64,000 nucleotides of DNA from Azolla caroliniana (taxonomy: Eukaryota > Plantae > Polypodiophyta): positions 11,098,001 to 11,162,000 of the forward strand of contig JBHGNT010000005.1 of the NCBI GenBank assembly GCA_043228905.1. Reading direction: 5' to 3'. Below are positions 49,218 to 62,011 of the stretch, one piece after another. The position numbers and the translations under genes are program-made. The stretch's first letter is position 1. Every line of letters begins with the position of its first letter. The notes under the pieces were generated by a model that did not search any database, was not told where the DNA came from, and worked only from the letters and a program-made list of their open reading frames with translations.

Positions 49218-52200
49218 ACGTAGAGTAATGCCGCCACGTAGATGTTGTAGATCATACCCAAGGCCTCATGTTCGGTCGTGGAGTAGTTCTGTTCGACATC
49301 CGATAATTTACGACTGACGTAATAAACCGGTCGGTACCAATTAGGCTCTGTGAGCTGCATCAATGCACTACCTATTATGATATCGGAGGCATCTACAAAT
49401 ACGTGAAAAGGTGTCATCCAATCTGGTGGTTGTATGACTAGTTCTTGGGTTAGCATCATCTTCAATGCCTCATATGCTTTGCCTTCTACTGTCGTCCACT
49501 TGAAAGGAGTACGATGTACGACGACGTGTAATGGAATCGCGAAATCTGCCAAGTATCGTAACATACGGCTATGCCAACGTATTTGCCGTAAGAAGCGGCT
49601 AAGGGCTTTGGCATTAGTCAGGATCTTCACTTCAATGATTGCCGTGATTTTGTTACGTTCTACTACTATCCCCTCCTTGCTTACTATATGTCTGAGGAAT
49701 GCTCCGCTGGTGACACCAAATGCACATTTCACTAGCTTAATACTGAGGCGTAACGTATGACAGCGTTCCAAACAAAGTCATAGATGCCCCAAATGTTCAT
49801 CTAGTGTTCCATACACCACAAAGTCGTCGAGAAAAACTTGCATAAATGGAAGTACGTATTCTCCAAAAATCTACACAATTGTTCGCTGGAAAGTGGCGAA
49901 CGCCGTTTTCAAACCCAACATCATTACTACAGCAACGAACACGCCCCAATTCGTGACAAACACGGTCTTCTCTTGGTCGTCAGGTCATCCAAAAAACTAT
50001 ACATGTCATGGCCCGCGACGGGGTCTAATAGGCTATCTATAAAAGGGAAGGGAAACACATCTATAATTGTTACGACGTTTAGCTCGTGGTAATCCACACA
50101 AACGTGTATTTTCCCATTCTTCTTCAGCACCACGACTATTGGACTCAACCACGTGGCTTGTTTGACCGGCCGAATGAACCGTGATTTCAACAGTTTTTCT
50201 TCATTTCTTCTTTTACTCGAGACGCGTAATTCGGGTTCATTCGATAGTGTCGTTGCTGCACAGGTTTCGTGTCGGTGGACAAGTTTATCTTGTGCTGATA
50301 AAATTTTGGATCCAACCCTTTCACGTCCTCTTGTGACCATGCGAAAACATCCCTATATTCCCAGACCAGTTCTGTCATTGCCCTCTTCTCACCTGAGGTC
50401 AGGTCCCTAGCAATTGAGAGTAGTCGTGGCACCTCTGTCGTTCCGATGTTGACTTCTTCTAATGCAGAAGTGGTGACGCGATGCGAGATTCCAATTTCCT
50501 TTTCACACGCTTCTCATGCCCTACTTAACTCTATTATCGACTCAGGATCAGGCTCGTACTCCTCTTCTTGAAGCGTACTGGTTGGGGCGTACTCCGCAAC
50601 GGTTTCCATTACGTCAATTTTGAATAATGGCAGGATCTGTGGGTTTTCATCGAGGTATGCCTCAAGGTCAGTATCATCCAATCCTTCCAGCATATTAATA
50701 TCTTTGACGTATAATGGCGTTATGCCCTTGGTTGGAGCCGTTGTTTCCTGCATAGGTACATGGACTTTGTTGCGGCCTCTCCTATTGCCTTCTTTTCCGC
50801 TTGGCCCTCGGTTGATTCAGTGTATCTAAATCAAACATATGAACCGACTCGGCTTCCTCCGATTGGTTTTCACTCTCGTCCGAGTTGGTTGTCTCCAACT
50901 GTTCTTCGGTCTTCAGGCCCTTGATGGCTTCGTCTCCCCCATGCTTGGTTGGCTTCGGCTCTTTCTTTCGGTTGCTCCCCTTATGTCCGCTTTTGGACTC
51001 TTCCGCGGATCCGTCCTCGTCTTCTTCAGCCGATCCGAAATCGAAATCGTCATCCGACTCGGCGTCACGGTCTTCTCTCCCCCTTCCGTGATCATTCGGG
51101 ACAACTACATCTCTCCCCCTCAAGTTCGGCACGTCGAGATGACGCAACCCAAGCGCACCCAAGAATTGCCGCAACTTGTCGAGACCAAGAGGCTTGGTGA
51201 AGATGTCGGCGGTCTGCCGATCCGTCGGAACATACTGAAGTTCGACTTGACTGGAGAGAACACGCTCATGGACGAAATGGTAGTGCACCTGAATGTACTT
51301 AGTTCGGGCGTGGAAAACGGGGTTCCTCGCGAGTTGGATGCTGCTGAGGTTGTCGCAGTAGATCATCGTCGGATCTGACACCTCCTCGTGCAGGTCCTTA
51401 AGTAGCCGCTTCAACCATATGGCTTCGCATGTCGCGACAGCCGCTCCTCGGTACTCAGCTTCGGTGCTCGACAGTGCAATTGTCGGCTACTTCTTACTGC
51501 TCCAGGTGATCGCGGCTCTCCCGAGAGAGAATGCAAAACCGGACATGGATCGGCGATCGGCGACATTGCCGGCCCAGTCGGCATGGGTGTAGCCGACAAA
51601 CTGCAGGGCTGTATCGGACCAATATAGCAGTCCCCGGTCCTTAGTGCCGCTTACGTACCGCAGTACGCGTTGTGCACACTGAAGGTGCTCCTCGGTAGGT
51701 CGTGCCCTGAACTGACTGATCACCCCGACCGGATAACTGAGATTGGGTAGGGTGATTGTCAAGTAGATAAGGCTTCCGAAAATTTGTCGGGACCTCGTCG
51801 GGTCGTAGACCTTTCCAGAATTGGGACGAAGCTTCACGGTTCTATCCAAAGGAATCAAGACGGACTTACAATCTGCCATCACGAATTTGAAGAGCATATT
51901 CAGCGCATAATGATGTTGGCTTATCAGTATGCCTTCAGGGGTGTGGATCACTTCGATCCCGAGGAAGTAATGAAGGTCCCCTAGATCCTTCATGTCGAAC
52001 GATGCCGCAAGCTGGAGCTTCACGCGGTCAATTTCACCTAGGTCGGCGCCGGTGATGACCAAGTCATCAACATATAGTAAAATATTAATCGGACCAAGTG
52101 GATCTTTATGGATGAGCAGGGAAGAGTCTGATTTTGACGTTGCAAAGCCCATCCGACACAGTTGCTGTGTGATCTTTGTTGAGAAGCAAGCTCAACATGG

Positions 52201-52220
52201 TATGTGATGCTTATGAGAAA

Positions 52221-52371
52221 TAAGCTATAGTAGCTATTTAGCTACTAGTGAACAAAAAGGTAAAACAGCTATTTAGCTAGTGACAGCTAATTAGCTAGTG
52301 AACAGCTATTTAGCTAGTGAACAGCTATTTAGCGACTGACAGCTAATTAGCTACTGGCAGCTAATTAGCTG
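52221..52371. repeat. Tandem AGCTA(A/T)TTAGC array in LTR U3
   Basis: Units of about 18-19 bp; the 3' LTR has one unit fewer. Confidence 0.85.
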
Positions 52372-52806
52372 CATGTGTAATAACTTATGACTTAGGTAAA
52401 AGTAAGTGTGAGTGAATAGGAAGAAAGTAGTAAGAAAAAACAGAGAATAGTGAGTAGAGAACTCTGAGAGAGTGAGAGACCAGAAGACTGACGAGAGCAA
52501 GTTGAGCTCTACATGTAATAGAAGAAAACCATTTTGCTACTACAGAGGTAAGTCCCCTTTCCTTTCTCTGTCTGTTTAGAGCACGCTAACGATCCAGCAC
52601 ACTACGATCCGCCGCGCATACAAAAGAAGAGCCCGAGTGCTTTCTTCACGTTTTCTTAACATGGTATCAGAGCAGAGTAGCTCGTAAGGAAGAGTATAGC
52701 AGTGCCTTAATCTGAGACAGTTATTTCTCTGGTTGCTGATCAGAAATCAGAAAGTTACTTGTTGAAGTAACTAAAGCAAAACCCTGGTTTTTTGGAAGAA
52801 AAAAAA

Positions 52807-55800
52807 ATGGCTGCAGAGAATGTAGGCCAAATGGTCACAGAGAAATTAGATAAAAACAATTTCCCGGCGTGGAAATTCAGAATGACAAACTTTCTGATGG
52901 GGAAAGGATACTGGGATTACATTGAAGGAGACCTAGAAGAGGCTCCAGAGATCCCAGAAGAGAATGCAACAGCTGCACATATTAAGGCATTTAAAGATTG
53001 GAATCAAGGGGCAAGGAAAGTAATGCATTGGCTATCACTCAGCATCTCAGATTCAATGCTTGGGCATATACAAGATGCTATGCTCCCAAAAGAAGCTTGG
53101 GACAACTTGGTAAAACTGTTTGCTGTGAACACAAAGGCTAGAAAGCTCCAGTTAAAGACTGAGCTAAATACCTTGGAGAAAGGTAAGATGTCAATAAATG
53201 AATATGCCCTAAAAATCAAGAGTATATGTGAATCACTTGCTTCTATCAATGTGAAGATAGAAGATGATGACAAAGTGGAAATATGCTTAAGAGGCTTCGG
53301 ACCTCAATACAAGAGTTTTAAAACTTCTATGCTCACAAGGGATAGTATCCCAAGTTTTTCAGATCTGGTCTCAATGCTTGTGGTAGAGGAAAGGAATCAG
53401 ATGGATGATGCAAATAAAGGAAACTCAGAGAACGAGGGGCAAGCCCTCTATAATAATGCCGGAAGAGGCCGAGGAAGAGGCCATGGAAGATTTGGCTCAA
53501 GAAGAACCAATAATAATGGCTTTCAAGGAAGAGGACAACAAGCTCATAGAGGAGGAAACAACAACAGAGGCAGGGGGAGCAACCGATGTAGAGGTAAGCA
53601 AACTTATGTAAATGATGATGGCTGCTGGTATTGTGGTAAACCAGGCCATACACAGGCTGAATGTTACAAGAAACAAAATGATGAGAAAAGAGGAAAAGGA
53701 CAACAGAGTAACTATGCCTCTACTAGTGAAGATTGTGAAAAGGATGGTGTTTTTGTAGTGCAACATGAGATAGCAGCAGTGGCTGAAAGCTCACAGAAAT
53801 GTAATGAAGAGTTTACGTGGTATGTAGACTCGGGGGCATCTAACCATATGACTGGACATGCAAATTGGTTTGAGAGTTTAAGAGAACCAGAGGTTCCTGG
53901 TTATGTACAAACAGGTGATGACACAACTCACCAAATAAAACATGTTGGAGATATCCCATTGTGGGAAGAAAGAGGAAAAACCAAGTATATGTTGAATGTG
54001 ATGCATGTTCCAAACCTTGCTAAGAATCTGATTTCTGTTGGACAGATTGTAGAGCAAGGTATGCAAGTGAAGTTTAAGCAAAGTGGATGCTATATAGAAA
54101 AGAATGGGAAGCTCATTGCAAAAGGGAAGAGACAAGGAAGAATGTTTATCTTGGATGTAGAAATGCCCAAACAGTTTTCAACCATGTTTGCAAATGGAAC
54201 GAGTGTAATCTCAGATGTGGAAATGTGGCATAAAAGGATTGGCCATATAAGTATGCAAACATTAAAGAATATGTTGAGAAAAGATGCAGTGGCTGGACTG
54301 CCAAACTTGAAAAAGTGTGAAATGGGAAAAGTATGTGAAGCATGTCAATATGGTAAGCAAAACAGGTTGCCATTCCCTCATGAGAGACATGTAAGCAAAA
54401 ATCTGTTGGATTTGGTACATACAGATGTATGGGGATCAACAAAGAATGCATCTTCGTAAGTTTAAATGCATGGTAGAAAAGCAGGCTGGTACAAGGATAA
54501 AATGTTTGAGATCTGATGGAGGAGGAGAGTATTTCTCCAATGAATTTTCTGATTTTTTGTGTAATCAGGGAATAAGAAGACAGTTCACATGCCGATATAC
54601 TCCACAGCAAAATGGAGTTGCTGAGAGGAAAAACAGAACTTTGGTGAACATAGCAAGGGCAATGATGACTGAGAAGAACATGCCATTATACTATTGGGCA
54701 GAAGCTGTAAATACAGCAAATTACATTTTAAATAGATGTATTACATCAGGAGTACATGAGGCAACTCCTGAAGAGTGTTTTTATGGCAGGAAGCCTAGCT
54801 TACAACACTTGAAAGTGTTTGGATGCCTTGCATATGTACATGTGCCTGCAGAAGTAAGAAGTAAGTTGGATCCAAAAGCAGAAAAATGTATCTTTGTTGG
54901 ATATTCAGAAGAACAAAAAGGGTACAGATGTTATAACCCTGTGACTAAAAAGATTGTGACAAGTCGAGATGTGATATTTGATGAGTTGGCTAGTTGGTAC
55001 AGCCCAAAACAGAATCTAGAGACTGATGAAGACTGTCAAAATGAAGACAAAGACAGATCAGAAAATGTAGAAGACTGTCACAGAGATGGAGACAAGGTTG
55101 GACAGCAAAGTCCAACATCAACAGAATGTTCTGGACCATCAAAAAGCTCAGATGGTAAATCTGATTCAAATTCATGGAGTGGAAAAACTGGACAGAAAAA
55201 ATCTGATGACAAAAAAGGAAAACAGAAAATGCCAGAGTATGAAATCCCGGATGACCTATCAAAAAACATGGAAGATGAAGATTCAGATATGTCTTTGGAT
55301 GATTTCCTTGGAATACAGGAAATGAAAATCCCTGGTATGGAAAAGGCAATAAAGAATGCAAATCAGAAACTGAGAAGATCAGATAGAGAGAAAAAGACTG
55401 TGGAAAGATTTGGGTATGATACATATATGGCTATGCACTATGCATATATGTCTAAGGTGGTACAGATCCCTGACCCAAACAGCTTTGAAGAAGCAAAATC
55501 TGAGAAGAAATGGATGGATGCAATGCAAGAAGAGATTGATGCATTGGCTGAGAACAAAACATGGGATTTAGTGAAGTTACCAAAAGAGAAAAATGTGGTA
55601 GGCTGCAAATGGGTCTACAAGACAAAGCATGACTCCAATGGGAATGTAAGTAGACATAAAGCAAGATTGGTTGCAAAAGGATATGCTCAGATGCAAGGGA
55701 TTGATTATGATGAGACTTTTGCACCGGTTGCAAAGATGGCAACCTTGAGAACACTACTTGCTGTAGGAGCAGCCAGAAAATGGATTTTGCATCACATGGA

Positions 55801-57034
55801 TGTAAAAAATGTTTTTTTACATGGTAACTTGGAAGAAGAAGTGTATATGAGTCAACCACCAGGTTTTGAAGATAAGAAACATCCTGATTATGTATGTAAG
55901 CTGAAAAAAGCTCTCTATGGACTGAAACAGGCACCAAGAGCATGGCACAGAGAACTTTCAGATTCTCTGAAAAATCTTGGTTTCAAAATGTCAAAAGCTG
56001 ATCCTTCTTTGTATGTAAAAAGTGAAAATGATTGCATTGTTATTATTCTGATTTATGTAGATGATTTGATTATTGGAGGAGATTCCGTGGATGAAATAAG
56101 AAAGTTGGAAAAAAATCTGGAAATGCAGTTTCATATGAAAGATTTGGGAGATCTGAGATATTTTCTTGGTATTGAAATCATCAGATCTGAAAGTGGTATA
56201 TGTATGTTGCAAAAACAGTATGCAACAACTATGTTGAAAAAGTATGGTATGCTTGGATGCAAACCTATTGCTGTACCACTTGATAAAAACTGCAAGTTGA
56301 GGGTTGATTTGGGAGCCAAGATAGAAGATGTAAACATGTACAGGTCTATGGTGGGCAGCCTTATTTATTTGACTATAACAAGACCTGATTTGAGCTATGT
56401 TGTTGGATTAGTCAGCCAGTTTATGCAACAGCCAACAAAGCCACATTTGGACTGCATCAGAAGGATTCTGAGGTATGTAAAAGCAACTCAAAACTTTGGA
56501 CTATTTTACAGGGCTGATCTAGACATAAATCTGGAAGGATATACAGATGTTGATTGGGCTGGAAGCCAAACAGACAGGAGATCCACAAGTGGATACATGT
56601 TTACCTTGGGAAGTGCAGGAATTTCATGGAGTAGCAAGAAACAGGCTACTGTTGCATTGTCCAGTACAGAAGCTGAGTATAGAGGGGCTGCAATAGCCAC
56701 ATGTGAAGAAGTATGGATCAGGAGACTGCTTGCTGATCTGGGAGTATATATAGATGGTGCTGTCACAATCTGGTGTGACAATATGAGCAGCATTCAGCTT
56801 GCAAAGAACCCAATGTTCCATGCAAGAACAAAGCACATTGAGGTGCATTATCACTTTGTTAGAGAAAAAGTGATGGAAGGTGAAGTTGATCTGGTGTATG
56901 TGAATACAAATCAGCAGGTTGCTGATATCCTTACGAAGGGATTGAGTGTGGAAAAACATACACAGTTTCGGAACATGATGGGAGTTGTAAACATTGATGA
57001 GATGGCTAAAAAGCAAAATGGAAAAGAAGATTGA
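52807..57034 (+). pseudogene. gag-pol: Copia gag-pol polyprotein split by one frameshifting deletion in the integrase (~54455)
   Basis: ORFs 52792-54459 and 54425-57034; CWYCGKPGHTQAEC, VDSGAS, HTDVWG, RSDGGGEY, YVDD, ADILTK; the conserved FIDD segment is missing at the junction. Confidence 0.92.
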
Positions 57035-60000
57035 AGAGAACCTCAAGCAAGAATAAGTTGAGCTTGAGGGGGAGTGTTGAGAAGCAAGCTCAACATGGTA
57101 TGTGATGCTTATGAGAAATAAGCTATAGTAGCTATTTAGCTACTAGTGAACAAAAAGGTAAAACAACTATTTAGCTAGTGACAGCTAATTAGCTAGTGAA
57201 CAGCTATTTAGCGACTGACAGCTAATTAGCTACTGGCAGCTAATTAGCTGCATGTGTAATAACTTATGACTTAGGTAAAAGTAAGTGTGAGTGAATAGGA
57301 AGAAAGTAGTAAGAAAAAACAGAGAATAGGGAGTAGAGAACTCTAAGAGAGTGAGAGACCAGAAGACTGACGAGAGCAAGTTGAGCTCTACATGTAATAG
57401 AAGAAAACCATTTTGCTACTACAGAGGTAAGTCCCCTTTCCTTTCTCTGTCTGTTTAGAGCACGCTAACGATCCAGCACACTACGATCCGCCGCGCATAC
57501 AAAAGAAGCGCCCGAGTGCTTTCTTCACGTTTTCTTAACAATCTTCGTGTTCCAGGCACGCGGGGCTTGCTTCAGTTCGTAAAGGGACTTCTTCAATCGG
57601 CACACTGCCCACGTGTTCATTCCGGAGTGAAATCCGGGGGGCTGTACCATGTACACCTATTCCTCAAGCTCACCTTGCAGGAACGCATTCTTTACATCCA
57701 TCTGATGTAAGTGCCACCCCTTTGCCGCAGCTACCACGAGCAAAACACGGACGGTCGTCATCTTCGCGACCGGTGCAAACGTCTTATCGTAGTCGATGCC
57801 GTGTTTCTGCACGTAGCCTTTTGCCACTAACCGGGCCTTGTATCGGTTGACGAAGCCGTCGGTGTTGTACTTGACCTTGTACACCCACCTACATCCGATC
57901 GCCTTCACACCCTTCGGTGCGTCAACCAGGTCCCAGGTCTCGTTTTCCGCCAATGCATGCATCTCTTCCTCCATCACGGCGCGCCAATTTGTGTCCTTAG
58001 CCGCTTCTTCGTAGCTCTCCGGCTCATGCACAACCGGGTTCTTCTGGCAGGTAGATCGGCGTAATTGCTCATCAGTCACTATTGAGGCTTTCTTGGCCAA
58101 CGCAGACTTCGGTCTCGAAGACCCGTCGTCACTTCCCTCGGAGTCAGATTCGCGTCGATCCAACTTGTTTCTATTGGTGTCGTAATCCGACACCTTCTTC
58201 TTCCCTTTTTCTTTGCGCATAAGCCGTCTCCTCGGCTTCCTACGCGGGGAATGCACTGCCGAGTCTCCGCTACTCGCCGGCTCTTCATCAGACTGGTCGA
58301 ACCAACTCAGTCGTCCATTCAGTCCACTTAACCGAAATGAAATCGAACTTTGTTCGCGGGTCCCGATTTCAGGCTCATCTAGAGGCATCTCGGCCTCATT
58401 GATCTCATCATCAAAACTCAGATTGGAGGCGAGGTCCGGAGTCCGAGGCAAGTACCAGGACACGGACTCATCAAACACAACGCCGTGGCTCACGCGCACT
58501 TGTTTGGTGCACAAGTTATAACACTTAAAACCTTCTACTCATCCGAGTAACCAACCAGGATACATTTCTCGGTCTTTGCATCCAGCTTCCTCCGTTTCTC
58601 CTTTGGCACATGCACATACACAACGCTACTGAAAACTCGTAAGTGTCGCAAGTTCGGCTTCGTTCCGAAATATAGCTCGTGTGTCGACACTTTTTCTCCG
58701 ATTCAGTTTTGGATGTATACCGCAGTCCTTATCGCCTCGGCCCAGTAGAACTTGGGCAGGCTCTTCTCCTCCAGCATTGCCCATGCCGCTTCCACAACCG
58801 ACCGATTTTTCCTCTCGGCCACGCCGTTTTGCTCCGGCGTGTATCTATAACTGAATTCGCGTCGAATTCCATCTGTTGTAGATAACCGTTGAATTGACTG
58901 GAAAAGTATTCTTTTCCGCCATCCGACTGCAGACACCTGATCTTTCTTCATGTTTCCGTTTCCACGAACCCTTTGAGGTCCCGGAAGCAGTCGAAGACTT
59001 CGCTCTTCCTCTCAATGAGGTAAATCCACTTGTGTCACGTGTAGTCGTCGATGAAGGAGACGAAATATCGGCTCCCACCAAGACTAACATTTTTTGTCGG
59101 CCCCCACACATCGGAGTGTATCAAGTCGAGCTTGTTCCGGCTTCGGTTATGCTCGTTGGGGAAGGGAAGTCGGTGTTGCTTCCCAAGCTGGTAGGCTTCA
59201 CAAATTTGTGCCTTCTGGCCACTAAATTTGGGCAATCTGAACACCACCTATTTCGATTGCAGGTCCTGAAGCCGCTGGTAGTTGACGTGGCCTATCCGCT
59301 TGTGCCATAAGTCGATGTCCGACTCGACTTTTTGTCCCTTCGCGAACATTGCGGTGCCACCGTCTGTAGAGTCGAGGATGAACATCCTCCCGTCTTTGCG
59401 CCCTTGCGCAATGACACGGCCTTCTTCCTCAATGAAGCACCCGAGGTGTGTAAACCGGACCTCCATCCCTTGGTCGATGATCTGTCCGACCGACACCAAG
59501 TTCTTCGTAATTGTCGGAATGTGTAACACATTCATAAGTTTCCCTTTCTGCCCAACATGGCCCAAGGGAACTTCACCGACATTCGCGATCGGATGCGGAG
59601 TGTCGTCTCCGGTTGCGACTACTGATGGTTGCATTGGTTTTTCTAGGTACGAGAACCACTCCTTATGGCTCGTCATGTGATTTGACACGCTGGAGTTGAC
59701 GTACCACACCACGTCCGATTTCGGGGTGGTCTTCTTCATTGAGTTTGCTTCATGTCTCGTCACGAAGACTGACCCTTTTTCGGCTTCTCTGGATCCTTCG
59801 GCGTAGTGCGATTGTTGCCGATTTCCTTTGTTGGTCTATCCGGAACCTATTCCGCGGCCGGTTCTCTCTGAGTCGGCGCACTTTTTCCAGCACTCGCTCT
59901 CCCTGTGGCCTTTCTTGCCACAATACCAGCATTCCGCGGCGAATCTCCCTTGCCGGTTCTCGTCGCCTCGACTCCCCCTATTTCCGGAGGGTTCAGAATT

Positions 60001-61739
60001 GCTGTCGGCATCACTTCGGTGCCTTCTTCCTTGATCCTATCGGTTGCCTCCATTGCGTACCAACTCGCCTTGTCCGCCACGACCATGGGGCCTGTCTCCC
60101 TCCGTGTACAACATCTTGTTGTCGGCATGCGTGCTTGTCGACGCACCCACGTGGTTCTCCTCTATAAGGAGCATCGACTGTAAGTCGAAAAACGACGGCG
60201 TATTCTCCCGTGTACACATAGCAGTTCGGAACGCTCCGAACATTGACGCCAAACCCCCGAGACAAACCTGGACCATCTCACTTTCCTCGATGTTCACATC
60301 AATGGAAGCTAAGGAGTCGCATATGTCCTTGATCTTCGAGGTATAGTCAGCCACCGACAAATCGCGTTGTCGTAGGTTGCTCAACTCCTGTCGGAGTTGT
60401 AGCTTCCTGGCAATGGTGCTCGCGGCGAATATCTTCTTCAGATTTTCCCGTGCACCCTTCGGCATTTTTGCATCCCGAATGTAGCTTAATAGTTGTTCGC
60501 CCACGCAAGACACGAAGCAGTACAATACTCTGCTCGCCGACTGTTCCCATACCAGGAAATCTTTGTGTGTCGATTCGGGTGCTGTGTCATGTGCTCCGTC
60601 AACATAGCTCCAATAACCGTGCTCGAGCAGGTACTTGGGCATCTTGTAGGACCAAGATGCGTAGTTGTTTCTGTCGAGCTTCTCCGTCAGAAGCGAGCTA
60701 GCCATGCCTTTATCCGTCAGTTTTACCTGTTCTTCTCGGTTGGTTCTTCTTTTCAAGCTATGTCGGCTGCAGAGATTCTCAACCCTCGATCTTTGATACC
60801 ATGTAAAAGATTATGTGCGGAAGCAATAGAAAACCAAACACAAAGAAAATACGCAAGTTCAATGGAAAGCTTAGGTTTGCACAAAGCGCACGGGAGAGAT
60901 AGAGAGAGAGTAACACAAGAACTTAATTCAATAATAATACTCAATCTGTACATAGGTTGTGCTCATTTAGCACTTTTATACAAGCCCTGACAATCGGGCT
61001 AACACAAGTACTGGCAGTACTTGACTTCTCATAAATGAGCCTCGACACTCACTCCCAAAATTATTCCTTACGAGGAATATTTCCCTAACGGCCTTTCGGT
61101 TTACGCACCGATATGCGTACCATTTACGCATCCGTTTTACGCACCGATATGGCCATGTTATGCGTACCGATTTACGCATCGGTCCGGCCTAACCGATCGG
61201 TCCCAACCGATCCGGTTCTCGGCTTTCTCAGCCGATCCGGCCGATGTTGAGCTTGTCTCTCAACAAGCACCTTTTATACAAGCCCTGACAATTGGGCTAA
61301 TACAAGTACTTAGAGTACTTGACTACTCATAAATGAGCATCCTACACTTACTCCCAAAATTATTCCTTACGAGGAATAACATTGTAACGGCCTCTCGGTT
61401 TACACACCACTACGGCCATGTTGTGTGTACGGTTTTACGCACCCAGTGTACAAACTGGGTCACGCACTCGTTTACGCACCCAATGTTGAGCTTGTCTCTC
61501 AACAATAGCCGGCTCGACCGGACGACAAAGAATAGATAGTTATAGAGAGAGACTAAGTGAGCAAACACAACTTTTATTATCAAAAGACTTAGTACTCAGT
61601 ACATACAATGTGCTCATAGAGCACTTTTTATACAAGCCTTAACAAGTGGGATGTCACAAGTACTATTAGTACTTTAATGCTCATTAACTAAGCCTGACAC
61701 TAATTAGCCTACAATGGGCCTATTTTTTACTAAAATAGG

Positions 61740-61962
61740 CAACTAGGCTTCCTAGTGTCGAATACGGGTGTCTAATGGCCTTATTGACATTGTCTCTTTG
61801 ACAGACTAGGTTTAGGACAATTCTGTAAATATCTCAAATGGTAGTTGTCCTAGCCCAGTTAGTATATAATTGGCTTTGTAACCTAGCCCAAAGGGGTTGT
61901 TTCCTTCATTGATTGTAACTTTGAGTTCAAATAATACAGTTACATATTGTGTGTTATTATCG

Positions 61963-62011
<49 letters not shown>

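Larger units (their letters stand above)
23749..50781 (-). mobile_element. Non-chromovirus gypsy element C, 5'-truncated and internally deleted
   Basis: 3' LTR 23749-24188, accessory ORF end 24239-24852 resuming at 47443, RT/RH 47660-50780 (ORFs 48944-49771, 49927-50340, 50514-50753). Confidence 0.88.
52177..57540 (+). mobile_element. Young full-length Ty1/copia element G
   Basis: LTRs 52177-52661 and 57075-57540 (about 4 substitutions plus a 19-bp indel), TSD ATCTT, PBS TGGTATCAGAGC at 52662-52673, PPT at 57066-57074. Confidence 0.97.
50782..61265 (-). mobile_element. Copia element F (3' LTR lost; 5' LTR 60802-61265)
   Basis: gag 60037-60756, PR 59248-59763, INT, RT 57657-58514 resuming at 52176, RH 50782-51414; PBS at 60790-60801. 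Confidence 0.9.
22933..61504 (-). mobile_element. Internally deleted copia element B (3' LTR 22933-23317; gag start only; 5' LTR split into 23702-23748 and 61266-61504)
   Basis: 61266-61504 closely matches 23079-23317; PBS remnant at 23690-23701; TSD is degenerate (AAAGA/ATAGC). Confidence 0.7.
8939..61736 (-). mobile_element. Old Ty1/copia element A, outermost member of the nest (3' LTR 8939-9391; 5' LTR split into 22887-22932 and 61505-~61736)
   Basis: PPT at 9392-9400, RT/RH/INT remnants 10250-12345 resuming at 21492, gag to ~22790, PBS at 22875-22886. The 61505-61736 segment continues the LTR sequence seen at 8977-9228. Confidence 0.7.

Noticed and set aside
52221-52371. CRISPR-like repeat array
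   Set aside because: Contiguous degenerate tandem units without unique spacers, inside a eukaryotic LTR, with no cas genes.
54425-54459. Programmed frameshift between the two copia G ORFs
   Set aside because: A conserved integrase segment is missing at the junction, which indicates a deletion; there is no slippery site.
61967-62009. (CT)n and (GA)n microsatellites as independent features (also ~35930, ~41240, ~12620)
   Set aside because: They are ordinary components of the respective LTRs.
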